NCBI GenBank assembly: GCA_964016885.1
Contig: CAXHJY010000970.1
Location: forward strand, 16,610-80,609
DNA: 64,000 nt
Direction: 5' to 3'
Source: Eledone cirrhosa
Taxonomy: Eukaryota
Part shown: one piece after another, positions 23,156 to 36,215 of the stretch
How positions within the stretch are numbered: position 1 is the first letter of the stretch
How the letters are laid out: each line of letters starts with the position of its first letter
Position numbers and translations under genes: made by a program
Notes under the pieces: model-generated
The model's database searches: none
Told to the model about the DNA's origin: nothing
The model's input: only the letters and a program-made list of their open reading frames with translations

Positions 23156-23173
23156 GTATATATATGTATATAT

Positions 23174-23766
23174 GACTCATTTTTCAAATGCAAGAGGGCG
23201 GTATAGAAGTGGTGGATAGCTTCGGGTACCTAGGAGATCAGATTAGCATGGGAGGAGGGCGTTCCGAGGCCATAGTATCTAGAATAAGGACGGGTTGGAA
23301 GAAGTTTAGGGAGCTGCTTCCTCTGTTGACGAAGAAGGGTTTCTCCCTGCGTACGAAAGGCCAGTTGTATGATGCCTGTGTGAGGAGCGCGATGCTGCAT
23401 GGTAGTGAGACATGGGCAGCAACTGCAGAGGATATGCGACGGCTGGAGAGAAATGAGGCAAGCATGCTCCGTTGGATGTGCAGTGTAAATGTGCGTGAAT
23501 GACCCAGCATAAATGTGTTGAGAGAGAAACTGTCTCTGAGAGGGATAGAATGTAGTGTACGGGAGAGGAGACTGAGGTGGTATGGACATGTGATGCGCAT
23601 GGAGGATGACCGATGGGTGAAGAAGTGCCAAGAATTGCCAGTTGAAGGAAGACGTGGTAGAGGTAGACCACGAAAAACATGGGCGGAGGTGGTGATAACA
23701 GACCTCAGATCATTGAAACTCATGGTGGAGATGACGAGGGACCGTGACGAGTGGAGAGATGCTGTA
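23174..23766 (+). mobile_element. RTE-clade LINE 3' fragment
   Basis: [58 protein letters not shown], with an in-frame TGA at 23500. Confidence 0.9.
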
Positions 23767-23867
23767 CATACTTATATTTAAGTAACAACCGTACTAAGAG
23801 TGGGAAATGAAATTTCGTTTCATTTTTTCCGTTTATATATATATAGGCTGAAATACGATTCTCGATA

Positions 23868-23918
<51 letters not shown>

Positions 23919-25191
23919 CACTCACATATACACACTGGTGAATATGTAAATGGTTGCTCAATCTGGCTACTGTTATTAACTGTCAGGCTGTTGCCATGTG
24001 ACCTAGTTATGTGCTGGCCCAATCAATTCTACTCCGATAATCTACTTTCCACCAAGTAAAGCGACTAAACATACTTAGACGTATTATGTGTCAGTAAACG
24101 GTTGTAACAATTTTTGTTTGCTTTCATCGATAATAATCTTTCTGAGGCGGATGACTCCTAATAATTAATCGTTTCTAACGAAGACACAAACCCACAAATT
24201 TGGGTGTTGGAGGTTAGTCAGTTAAACTGACCTAATATTACAAATGATCTTAATTTCTCAGGATTTATTATTTTTCGATGAAGTAATGTTGTTGTTTTGT
24301 AATCAGTAGTTTATTACATTTCTAAAAATAGTTTTAAATCTTCTCTCATTGGGCTTATTTATTTATTTTTTTCCTATTCATTAAAAGTTAATGGTAATTA
24401 TAGCAGGTATCATCATCTCTGTTTGACATATTTTCCATGCTTGCATGAGTTAGACAGGCTATCACATACCTTGGAGCTAAATAGGTCAGGTGATCAAGTC
24501 TTGGTCTTAAACTTCGTTTTCTATGGTTGGATGCCAACCACTTTACAGCGTTTACTTGGAGTATTTAATCAACATGTCAGCACTGCCATTGTACAGGATG
24601 GACTAAGTGTTTTTTGTCGTGACAGCAGCACTGCCACCTTACATGGTAGACTGGATGTTTTTGTCATGACAACAGCATTACCAGATCACAGGGTGGACTG
24701 AGTGTTTTGTGTCATGACAACAGCATTATCATATTAAAGGGTGGACTAGTGTCTATATTTTTTTAATCAGAAACAAAATAGTGAAAAACTAATCTAAATG
24801 AACTGAGTGATTAAAAAGATGGTAGAAGAGAAACAGCTGAGACTGGTGTAAAGTAAGCCTGTTTACCCTCCACGTGTCGGATAAACAATCTAATTCTAAA
24901 TGATTGTCATTTATACCATGTGTTTTAGTCACTATTTTTAGTGTTCATTTTATTTATATATTTATTGTGATGTTTAGCCAGGGCAGAAGAAAGTGATAGA
25001 GAGGAAGAATCAACCCCACTATTGGACTGCTACATGTTTCTATTGGCCCTGAAAGGATTATTAACAATTTTTTCTTGTTATTCAATATTCGGCCAATTGC
25101 AACTGCATCGTTTGTGTCATCAACGAACCTAGAAGGACCAGTGCTTAACTTTTCATTTTATAGCATTAAGGCTCTTTAGATAACTTATCAT

Positions 25192-25381
25192 ATTAACTCT
25201 TAACGTCCTGTACTGCATGAAACCACATTAGTAAGAAATTCTTGAAAAGTATAAACTAGTATGATAACTGCATCACATTAAATGTAAGTCTGCCCACAGG
25301 TAAAGATACTATAAACGTTTGATTTAATAAACTACTTTAACAAGACATTCTTGTAAAGTTCAAAACCACACTATGACATCA
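25192..25381 (+). mobile_element. Degenerate TTAA-type MITE copy
   Basis: Starts TTAACTCTTAACGTCCTGTAC. Related to the copies at 42.2, 47.7, 48.55 and 51.28 kb. Confidence 0.5.
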
Positions 25382-25552
25382 TCTATAATTAAAGTGTTTA
25401 CTCTAATACTGCTCATTTTATATATATATATGTTATACTTTGGGAGGGTCATGCTGCCAATAAAAACACACTCACATTATGGCTTTCACTTCAATTTATT
25501 ATAAACTTCCAGTTGGTTAGTTTAATAACCAGATAGTTATTTATTTGTTTAT

Positions 25553-25597
25553 TGTCAAAGCTCTTTCGTCACGCATTCTGTGACATCCTCAGTGACT
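25553..25597 (-). ncRNA. Minimal hammerhead ribozyme-like motif
   Basis: The reverse complement reads GTCA-CTGAGGA-T-GTCAC AGAATGC GTGAC-GAAA-GAGC-TT-TGAC. Stem I GTCA/TGAC, stem II GTCAC/GTGAC, CUU site. Confidence 0.6.
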
Positions 25598-27433
25598 AAT
25601 TTGTTATTTTGTGTCTCTCCTTTGATCTGTCCTTCACCGTCTTGTTTTTGTGAGCTTAGCACAGCTCACAAAAACAAGATGGTATAGGACAGAGAGCTGG
25701 AATGAATGCCACAAAGCATTCTATCTGACATTCTAATGACTCTGCCAATTCATCGCCTATTTTTATATTATGGTGTTATTAAAAAATAAAAAAACTGGAA
25801 ATAGAACACTTTAAAAATGTTTATTTGAAAAGACGATTTTTTTTTTAATGTCACAATCTAAACCAAGTAGAGCAAAACAAAATATTCCTTTCAAGTTAGA
25901 CTAAATTGAATCTTTTTTTTTTTTTTTGGTGTGCCTTTGCGCACATGCCAACTTTGACAGTCTGTTAATACTTAAATGTTTCATGTGCTAACAATAATCT
26001 TTAGCCAGTATTGACTACTTTACATTTCTGTTCGTAATAAATGAAAAATCTGATGTAACAATTTTTTATATGCTGGCAAAGTTTGGATCATTATATATTT
26101 GCATGAATTATTTTATTAAAGGTTTTTTTTAATGACATCTAATTAGTTGTTATTGTTTAACCCCAAATCAGCTCTGATTAAGCAGACTTCTGAATAAAGG
26201 CAGTCAGATCTTAATCTTTCTGTTTAAGGCTAGAGTGTATCGAGGACTACATTATCTTAGATACCCTGTCTCTTTCTCTTTTTAAGATGGTAAGGTGTGA
26301 TATGAAGGCATTATGGCTGCTATTTCTAGCAAATTTTGTGACCACAAAACTCCTTTATTAGCTCTTCCAACTAATTAGTTGTGTAAAATCGTACTTATGC
26401 TTATCTTTAGTATTTTTTACTATGACAAGAATATTGTGTTTGAAATTAAAAATACAATGCAGAAAACCTGTAGAAAACCTGCCAGACAGTCCTATGCGAG
26501 CAAGACAATCACTCTTGCCTCAAGTGGGACTACCCCCGTCCAAACCCATGCAAGCGTGGAACACGGACGTTAAACGTTGATGATGATGATGATGATGAAT
26601 GCAATAACAGAGGACATTCACTTGACATTGACCAGAAATACGACACATGATGTGTATTGTTTTATTTCTAGATTATGATCTTTAAATGATTACATTTCAA
26701 TCTAAAATTATATTTTTAGATATCATTTCAAATAGTATTACAGAATGGATAAAATAATTTACTTTTAAATTTTTATTTTGAAATGAAGCTTGACATTTCT
26801 ATCTTTATTCAGAGTATTTGTGGGTGAGTAATATACAGGGTATCAAACTAGGGAGAAGGGAGCAAAACACAAACAACCGAAGGTGATACTGCAAGGTGCT
26901 TCATAGGACTCTAGCAATTCTGCTGGACAGGTATTTTATTGACCCCCCCCCCCCCCACACACACACACATACACACAAAAAAAAGATGAAAGGCAAGATT
27001 TAATGGCCTTGGCAAGATTTCAATTCAGAACACAGAGAGCCATAATGGTGCAGTGTTACTTTATTTGCCCTAGCAACATCGGAGCAAAAAACTTTGTTTT
27101 AAAGTGGTTTATATTTATCTAAAAACCTTCCATCATAATTTTATGTATGAATCTTTATGTTCCAAACACCAGCTTAACCATTTCGTTAATATATTTTAAG
27201 TGAGATACTGCCTATATATAATTTTCAAATTATTTTGAAAATATATAATAATTTCACAGAATTTAGTAATACAACTTACTTTTTCATTATTAAGTTGATG
27301 TTTGGGGCATAACTTAACAAAGGTTCTTGCATAAAATTATGGAAGGTTTTTAGGTAAATATAAACATTTAAAAATAAAGTTTTGTTTTGTAAAATCAGGA
27401 GCAGATTCAAACAGTTTGGTATCAAGAGTTAGA

Positions 27434-27734
27434 AATTAAGTTTGTGAACCAAGGTTCCACTGTATTTTAATTTGTTCCTGAAGGATCTACATCACCCAAA
27501 ATATTTGTAAACCGAAACTGTTTTTCCCATATAAAGAGAAAGAAATACAGTGAGAGAGAAATTGTGTGAAAGACATAAATATCATCATAGTAACTAAACT
27601 ACACAGCAAGTGATACTTTCCTGACGATACCCCCAGCTTGTTGCTAACCATTGTTGCTGGCTTGCATGTTCATTACGTCAACCAAGATGTTATATGTTCT
27701 GAAAAATTGTTCGTGAACTGAGGTTCCACTGTAG
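27434..27734. mobile_element. Tigger/pogo-like MITE with left end inverted
   Basis: GTGAAC(C/T)(A/G)AGGTTCCACTGTA occurs twice in the same orientation (~27445 and ~27714). The internal sequence matches the MITE at 31405. Confidence 0.55.
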
Positions 27735-28554
27735 TTATACTAAATTCCTCCAAATTCTCTTATTATTTGAAAATCATAAACAATGCCTTTCATTAGAAAT
27801 GGAATAACAAAAGGGTTAAAGTGTATCTGTTGTCTAAAGAATGGTTTAAAACATAATGGAGTAATTCATTTTTATTTTCAGTTAATCGTTGTTGCTATTG
27901 TTGTTTAGCTCCAACTTTTCCCTTATCAAGTAAACCAGATCTATGATCAAACGCTTCCCAAATCCAGTCTTTTATTTTTTTTATGGCATAGTATCTCCAA
28001 ACCACAATATCCAATGTATTCTTCCTTTTTATAAAACACGCGATTGTGATTTAGTTGCTTTTTTCTAGTGGGTTAAGTAATTGCATAAAAGCCTAGATAT
28101 GTAGCTTTTGCAATGATTTGAGTTAACATTTCTCCTTCACAAGAACAAAAAAAAAAGTGGGGTATGAAAAAAATGTGAGAGCTGGGTGGAAGATAGAGGA
28201 ACAGATATTTAAAGAAGCCAAAAATAGTGGAATAAAAAAAAAAAAAAAAAAGTAGGAAAGTGAGTATGAAAGTTATGACAGGTGCAGTGTGTGATGGCAT
28301 AAAAGGTTATGTGGTTATGAAGAAAAAAAACCTACCTGACAGAATCCACTCTGAAACATTAGAAGACTAAATTAAAAGTAAAATGAATTTATATAAAATA
28401 TTGCAAGAAGACTAATGGATAGCAATAGTGAGATATTTGTTGTGAGATTACTACTCAAAAGTTCTGATTTAACTATTTCTTTTCCATGTGGACAGCATCC
28501 CTGGGTAATTTTCTCTGGTTATTATGTTATGTTAACTCATAAGGTGCTTTGGTA

Positions 28555-28722
28555 TTATCGGTAGATCATCAGTCAACATGCTTTGCAGCATATAGTTATG
28601 GCCCTTTACGTTCTGATTTCAATCCTGTCAGGGTTAACCTTGCCTTTCATCTTTATGGGGTTGATAAAATAAATGACCAGTAATGCACTAGGGTCAATTT
28701 AATCGACCCCCCCCCCCCCCCC
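28555..28722 (+). mobile_element. SINE (family with GCCTTTCATCC..GATAAAAT..ACCAG core)
   Basis: B-box-like GATTTCAATCC followed by the core shared with many copies in this window. Confidence 0.7.
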
Positions 28723-29326
28723 AATATACTTACCAAAGATCAGATAATAAATATTACCCTTCTTCCCCTAACCAAATGCATAATTCTAATTTTAATTGAA
28801 ATTTTGAAGTTGTTGCTTCTACCTGTCTTGATTATATTTAAAGTATTGAGTTAATTAATGATTTCCTCTCCTCACTACAGATGAGTCCCCCCACCACCAA
28901 TTTAGCCATTGTCACAGAAGTTAACAATGCTAAAGTCATATGACACATTCTTAAGAGGAGGAACAATTATCCACTTCAAAATAAATAGCAAATAAGGCAA
29001 AAAAGGAATTTCTTTTTTTTGTCTTACATTGTTTCATTGTGAGCATCTGTCAGCAGGTGCTTGTTTATGTATGGAGTTAGGTTGGAACTACATTACTTCA
29101 CAATACCAATTAAAAATGAATATTAAAACATTACCTAGATGCTATAAAATCTAGTTTAGATAAATGTTGTGCAGTCTCATTCTGGCTGTGTAAGCTGCTT
29201 AGTTTTTGAACCAAAAAACAAACAAACAAATAAATAAATAAAGGCAGTGTAGAATGTGCTTAAGCTTAGTTGTGGGGATTTTTGCTATCACATCAAAGGA
29301 AAATATTCAATTCTGATCAGAAATGT

Positions 29327-29437
<111 letters not shown>

Positions 29438-29494
29438 TGTACTGAGCAGAAACTGTCCAACTCATGCAAGCATGGAACAATGGCTGTATGACAA

Positions 29495-29535
<41 letters not shown>

Positions 29536-30071
29536 TATTATTTTACATTGATATCGTGGATTGGATGGTTGCCACAGTCCAAGGCTAGGCATGTCTGAAA
29601 ATCTTCAACCAGCGCATATGCTCAATATTTGGCATAGTTTCTCTGGCTAGGTGCCCTTCTTAACACCGAGTGTCCTCAGGGTGCATTTTATTGTCGCACT
29701 AATACTAGGGAGGTTGCCATATGCTCAGCCAGACTGAAGAGTCTTCTCTATCCTTTGTTGTCTAATGTAACCTTGTAGAAAGCCAGTTAAACCTACTACA
29801 TATGTAACTCTCATTTATTTTTCTTCGTCTCATTATGAGCCTTTTGATTTTTTTTATATATTAGCAATAAAGTTTAATTAATTTCCAGGCCTTCCTATAA
29901 CTACAACTAACAGATCTGAATATTTTAGTTCCATACATGAAATATTCTATTCTTTCACAAGAGTTGAAAGGAAAAGTACAAATATTACTTGATTAGATAG
30001 TTACAAGCAGTTGTATCACAGAATATATAGAGACAGTTATCTTTGTAGAGTTATACATTTATATATATGTG

Positions 30072-30120
<49 letters not shown>

Positions 30121-30365
30121 ATTAGAAGATTTTGTCATAACTTTGACTAAATAAAATAAAATCTAATTCAATTTTCAAATTTTCCATATATATATATATA
30201 TACTTACCGTGTCTTTAGATTGGATTGTCTTGAAAACGTAACCTTATTACAATAGAGATGCTGTCTGATGATATCACATGACTGGTTATGTCATTGAAAT
30301 ATGTATCACAGCCATGTTAATAAAGGACTCTTTAACATCTGCACCAAACTTCACATTTTCCTTAT

Positions 30366-30463
<98 letters not shown>

Positions 30464-30899
30464 TACATACATACATACATACTTTTATCAGTATTGTATT
30501 TATATTTTACTTCTCCATTGACGTCTTAGAGAGATAGCTTTGCATGACTACTCTAGTTTTCAACTTTTTATTGACAAATTATCACCATTTGTCTTATTCA
30601 AATAAAATGGTAGAATCTGTGGAAACTAGTGATGTTCCATGTTGACTATGCTGTGCCCCTGCAATAACCATTAAAAGAGTAAAAAGTATGTGTATACAGA
30701 AAAAAGGAAGGCAATTTTTAGTATATATACTCATTTTGTAACATAATTCACCAAAATGGACCGACATTGGTTTTGACAATGATTGTTCCAACTGTTCGAT
30801 CACAAAATTATTGAGTAAATGGTTGAACATTCCACAGACATGTGTACCCATAACATAATTCTCAGACATTCAACATGTCAACCCAGGGCAATTGGTAAA

Positions 30900-30985
30900 T
30901 AACACTTGCCTAAGATGCCACTCAATAGGATCGAACTGGGAACTAACTGGTTGTGAAGTGAACTTCTTAACCATTCAGCCATTGC
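30900..30985 (-). mobile_element. tRNA-derived SINE head
   Basis: ACTTGCCTAAGATGCCA..GGATCGAAC..CTTAACCATTCAGCCA. Related to 36065-36215 and 53320-53470. Confidence 0.65.
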
Positions 30986-31404
30986 TGTGTCCACATATTT
31001 CACTATATATGTTTGTCTATGAAATAAAGAGGGAGAAAAAGAGGTTGTAATGATAGGTGTGTATTAGTATGTATTTCTGAATATATTTTGTGGTCACAGC
31101 AAGTGCTGTAGTAGAAACCAGATATAGGTACATAATCACATACCAGACATGGGTTGTCATATGCACATAGTTTATTTCAACATACACAGGTCAAATATAT
31201 AGATTATGTTAACACCTCCTTCTACTTCTGTCATTCCTCTCCTCCTCTCTCTTTGTGTGGTTTACCTTAGTTTTTGTTATTTTGTAGTGGGACATCAAAT
31301 CCACCATTGTAATATGATTGGGGTGGGGGTGGGGCAGAATTGTGCGCAGACAACATTTTAATACAAAGATAGATGTGTGTGTGTGATGTATTTGTATGTA
31401 TATA

Positions 31405-31585
31405 CAGTGGGACTTTGGTTCACAAACTTAATTCATTCCTGAAGGCCTGTCACTGGAAATGTTTGTAAACCGAAACTATTTTCCCCATAGAAAATGTTGA
31501 GAGAGAAATACAGTAAGAAAAAGTTTGGAAAAATTATTCATGAACCGATTTGTTCATGAGACATTTGTGAACTGATGTTCTACTG
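31405..31585. mobile_element. Tc1/mariner (Tigger/pogo-like) MITE
   Basis: TA-CAGTGGGACTTTGGTTCACAAA ... TTTGTGAACTGATGTTCTACTG-TA, i.e. imperfect TIRs with a TA target duplication. Confidence 0.75.
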
Positions 31586-32599
31586 TATATATATGCATGT
31601 ATATGTATATATATATGTATGTATGTATGTATATGTGTGTGTGTGTGTGTCTGTGTGTGTATATATATGCATGTCTCAATGTTTTATTCAGAACTTGGAT
31701 TATTCAGCAGCCAAAAAAATCAATGTGACTGAAGGATAATCCAGCTTTTGAATAAAGTTATTTGACTGTGTGTTGTTTTGAATTATCTCTTGTTTAAAAT
31801 TATTTTACCCTTTTTACACACGCACACATACACATGCTCACGTGCACATATATGGGTATGTGTTTTGCATGTCTGCCTGTATAAGTTTCCCTATTGTTTG
31901 CTTAATGTTTTCAAATCTGTTGTTTCCTTTCTCTCATCATTTCCACTTCTCTTTGCATTAATAAATACTTGTTGCCTATTTCACTAACCCCAGTTTATAC
32001 TTTCAGTTGACATTTATTTTCTCTCCCATGGAAGATTCTACCTTAAACATTTATAGTATAAAACATATTCCACTAGTTGAACGTTTTGCTCTGTTTTTTT
32101 TTCTTTTCTATTTTGGCTTTCATAAACTATTTGTATTCTTCCAGTTTTTCAATAAATATCTCATAATGCATCTTTAAAACTATGTGGGGCCACATATGAT
32201 TACAGGAAAGAAAATTATAAACACAGGTTCCAGAGTTTTTTTCCCTATACTCATTCTTCCTTGTATGCATCACATCCCCAACAATACTTACTCCTAGGAA
32301 AAATGATGATAGTATCCTTGACTCCTGCTCCTTTCTACACTGATGCACCATCCACATGTAACTTATGCCAAATCTGCAGTGTCTTCATGAACAAAAACAT
32401 CAAGAACATCCTCTAGTGTGGTCACATCAATCTTGTCTCCTTCAGCAACAAAAAACTCAAATCATAACATATCATAAAAACATCACCCCCTCCCTCAATA
32501 AATACTAACAGCATGTAACTATAACCCTCACTGTCACTCCAAATACTAAACCTGGCTATCATTGAAGATGTCTCTCAATGAACATATCTTTTTAACGTA

Positions 32600-32900
32600 A
32601 AATCTGCATTCTCAATGACTAGTATTTCTCTTTCGTATCCAAAAGCTGCATGCTGCATCAGCAAATGCACCGGAAAGCTGTTCATTTATCAGGATCACCA
32701 GAAAATACCTCAACTACTACCACCCTACTCACACCTCCGCACATAGCTCAGGTGATACGCACAATTGAGTACTGCTTCCACATCTGGGACAGTAAAGCTG
32801 CTTCACACACAGGTATCCTCAACTGTATCCAGAGAAGGGCTACTCAACTGATTAACATGTAGTCACAAACACATTCTGACTTCCAGCTAACAAATGTGTT
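32600..32900 (+). mobile_element. Highly degenerate LINE (CR1/Jockey-group) RT C-terminal relic
   Basis: AQVIRTIEYCFHIWD..ILNCIQRRATQLI resembles the (L)EY(C/A)..(I/V)W...L..IQRRA.RLI motif. Confidence 0.55.
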
Positions 32901-34669
32901 GTTTTCTCTCTCTGTAAATTTGGCAGTCATTAGAATGTCAGAGAGATGTTTTGTGGTATTTATTTTGGCTCTCTACACTCTGAATTCAAATCCTGTCGAA
33001 GATGTTTAACTGGGCAGCATTTTAGGACTTTTGCCTCAATATTTATAAAGATCCTCTTAGCAAGCCAACTGCTGTTTGGAAAACAAGAGTTTGCAAGCCA
33101 AATGATACAAAAAGGATATTTTGATTTTTTTTTTTTTTTTTATTTTTTTTTATTTTTTTTTTATTTTTTTTTTAAATTTATATGGCTGCTTTGTAGGCAT
33201 TGCAATGGTGTGTTTGCATATGTGTGAATTATTTCCCATGTTATAGACTATCCTTCTTTATCTGTATAGTTTAGCAGAGTTGCATACAATCATTTGAGCT
33301 TTTGTTGTGTGGTATGTGAAGAGTCATATCAAGAAGGGTGCTGCCACTCACCTCTTTCTCTACCTTGGTTGGGTCAGAGGTGATGTGCATTTGCCTGCAG
33401 GTGGTCATCAGCATAAGCTTTTATATCCTCACACCAGATGTTTATGCCCAAGTGATTGCAGTAGCGAGAACTCCACAAAAATACCAAATAATCTGGAAGT
33501 GGTGTTAAACCTACTGCCTTCTTAGGCCTATTTATTGATACAAACACTGGAGAAGTTATCTTAGTACTCAGAGACCAATCTTCCTTCATTTGATCATTTT
33601 TATTTCAGTTTGATCAAGCCTTTAACTACAAAGTCATGTCTTTCTTAAAGTGGTTCTTTTCCTGAGAATAAATTATGCATTTACAATGTTGCAAGGATAG
33701 GTCTCTAAAAAAAACAAAATAAAAATAAAAAAACATTTTAAAAAGAATGTGAGTGAAGGAAATGATTGATACTTTTTTGGAGGCTATTGATGCTGAAATA
33801 TTTTCCTATTGATACCTAACAAGGAAACAGCGCTTGGCTTTATGATATAAGGTTGTTTATTTTAAAGTTTAAATTTATTTAAAACCCCCCTCCCCCTTAA
33901 TTTTATGTAAAAAACTTTGTTCCAAACACCAGCTTGATAATGAGAAAGCTACTTGTTTTACTAAATTCCTCCAAATTCTTTATTATTTTCAAAATTATTT
34001 GACTGTGTCTTTCATTAGAAATATAGTAACAAAGTCCAACTCCTACATCATTGTTGTGTGGAAGTGGAAATGCTGGATATTCCGAGTAGGCTAACAGGGG
34101 CTCTAGTGAAGTCTTGAGGCTCGATTAGTCTTTGGTGGATTAAACCAATCGCAACTACTCAGCCACACAGGGTACTGAATGATAAAATATACCCTACATG
34201 TAAACAAATTAGAACTTCTAAACTTGGCCAAGGTTACTATTGATATAAGTTATTTTCCTCTCCACATTTTTTTATGAACTTCCTTCATTCCAAAATTATA
34301 GAATGTTTATTATAATATTAATGAGAAGATACTATTGTATTTATTCCTTAATGTAAAGAAAGTGTCTGTTGATAAGTGTTATGAAGTTATGGGCTTCTTT
34401 TTGTTTTTGTTATTGGTGTATAATTTACCTTATATTTTCTTCAGAGATAAATGTAGGCAGCAGGGGTGATACTGATGAGATAAGTAAGCTTCTAGGAAAG
34501 AAAAAAAAACTTTCCCCACTCCATCCAACCCCCATCTACTAGTTGCTGATGAATAGCATCATAGTACTGCAAAAACATTTTTATTGGCTAGGTGTGCTGC
34601 TGTGTGAAGTATGTATATCTTTTACATTTTCGGCAGTTTCACATGCCTGCAAAGTACCGATGATAAGCA

Positions 34670-34683
34670 GTTACCATAGCAAC
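34670..34683. promoter_or_regulatory. RFX X-box-like site
   Basis: GTTACCATAGCAAC fits GTNRCC(N0-3)RGYAAC. A second partial site, GCAACCATAGTAAC, is at 34843-34856. Confidence 0.4.
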
Positions 34684-35428
34684 AAGGCGTGTTTGCTTGC
34701 TCATCTTAATATCAAGGGCATCTGTTTTGTAGAAGATCTGAGTAACTGTTTGGCAAGCTTGTCAAAGCCTATTTTTGGAAGAACCTGTGAACAGCAGATT
34801 TCTTCCACAGCACATTGCTTTCTCCCTTTCTAACAGGGGATGGCAACCATAGTAACATGCATGGATATAAAATACTTGAAATTTTGTCACAACTAAATGT
34901 CTAAAAACTATTCAAATCAGAGTTTTCTGTATATTTCTTTCAAAGTTTACTATTCACACCTGCCTTTTTAATACTGACATTGATATATTACTTGCTAATG
35001 TATTATTATGGGGGGGAATTTTCTATATATATGTGTTTTTTTACTTGAACTTTAAAACTGAACAAATATACCAGTATACTGCAATTAAGAACTTATCTAC
35101 AACCACTGGATTTGGTTTACAAACTTCAAGGTTTACCAATAATTTAAAGGAAAAGGAATCTAAAAAAAATTGTATGTGACCATTACTTAAAGCACAGTCA
35201 GCTTCTCTTACTGTATTTAGCCATGATTAAATTACACCGGCCGTAACACCCTTGAGATTCTCTGTAGAAAGTCTGAATGTTATCATAATAAACCTGAAAT
35301 ATTTCCTATTCTAAGAATTGAAACAGTTTGAATGCAATTCAGTCTGTGCTAATGAAAAATGTCTAGATGAAGAATTTATTTCTTACAGTTGAGATATTCA
35401 TGGTTCCATATATTTATGGTTCTTGCAG

Positions 35429-35501
35429 ATTGATATTTGGAACATTATATCCAGCATATGCCTCCTACAAGGCAGTCCGGACCAGGAATGTAAGAGAATA
35501 T
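35429..35501 (+). CDS. REEP: Internal coding exon of a REEP1-4 / DP1-Yop1 (TB2/DP1/HVA22) family ER-shaping protein gene
   Basis: TTCTTGCAG acceptor, then a 73-bp exon encoding [24 protein letters not shown], then a GTAAGT donor. The peptide, length and phase match vertebrate REEP1-4 exon 2. I could not locate the other exons. Confidence 0.93.
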
Positions 35502-35869
35502 GTAAGTATGTTTTTCGCCATTGCATTTTAAAAAACTAATTACCCTTTATTTTATTCTTTTGTTTTTAATTCTAAAAATTCCATGTTTATAGTATATATT
35601 AAAAAAAATTTTTTTTTTTTTCTTGGATATAAAATAAATTCTTTTTTTAAGTAGATTCTGTTGATTCCTACTTATATACATAAACAAACATTACAAGCAG
35701 ATACATGACACACACCTATATATACATAGGCATGTATATATGCATATAAGACTCTCTGTAATCGTATCTCTGTATTTGTCTTTTTTTATCTTGATACATA
35801 CATATAGTAGAAGTCAACTCGTGTCTGAGTATGATCACTTCTTAGAAAAAAAATGTGCGTGTGTGTGTG

Positions 35870-35934
<65 letters not shown>

Positions 35935-36064
35935 TCGTTTTTATGTAGTTTTTCCATGCTTGCATGGGTTTGATGGGTCCTTTTCAGCACTGCATTTCTA
36001 CATATTGTCACCCTTTGCCATCTCTACTGTGTGTATCCACACACACACACACGTAAATAAATGA

Positions 36065-36215
36065 GCTTCTACACAGTTTCCGCCTCCGAAATTCCACTCA
36101 AGGCATTAATCAACTAAACGCTATATAGTAAAATACATTTGCCCAAGATAGCATGGTGTGTGATTGAACCTGAAACCGCATGTTTGCAAAATGAACTCTT
36201 TAACCACACAGCCAT
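36065..36215 (-). mobile_element. tRNA-derived SINE
   Basis: CTTCTACACAGTTTCCG..TTGCCCAAG..GATTGAACC..TTAACCACACAGCCA. Confidence 0.7.

Noticed and set aside
24818-24860. ATGGTAGAAGAG..GTAAGC as REEP exon 1
   Set aside because: The peptide MVEEKQLRLV is followed by a stop and does not match the hydrophobic REEP N-terminus or the splice phase.
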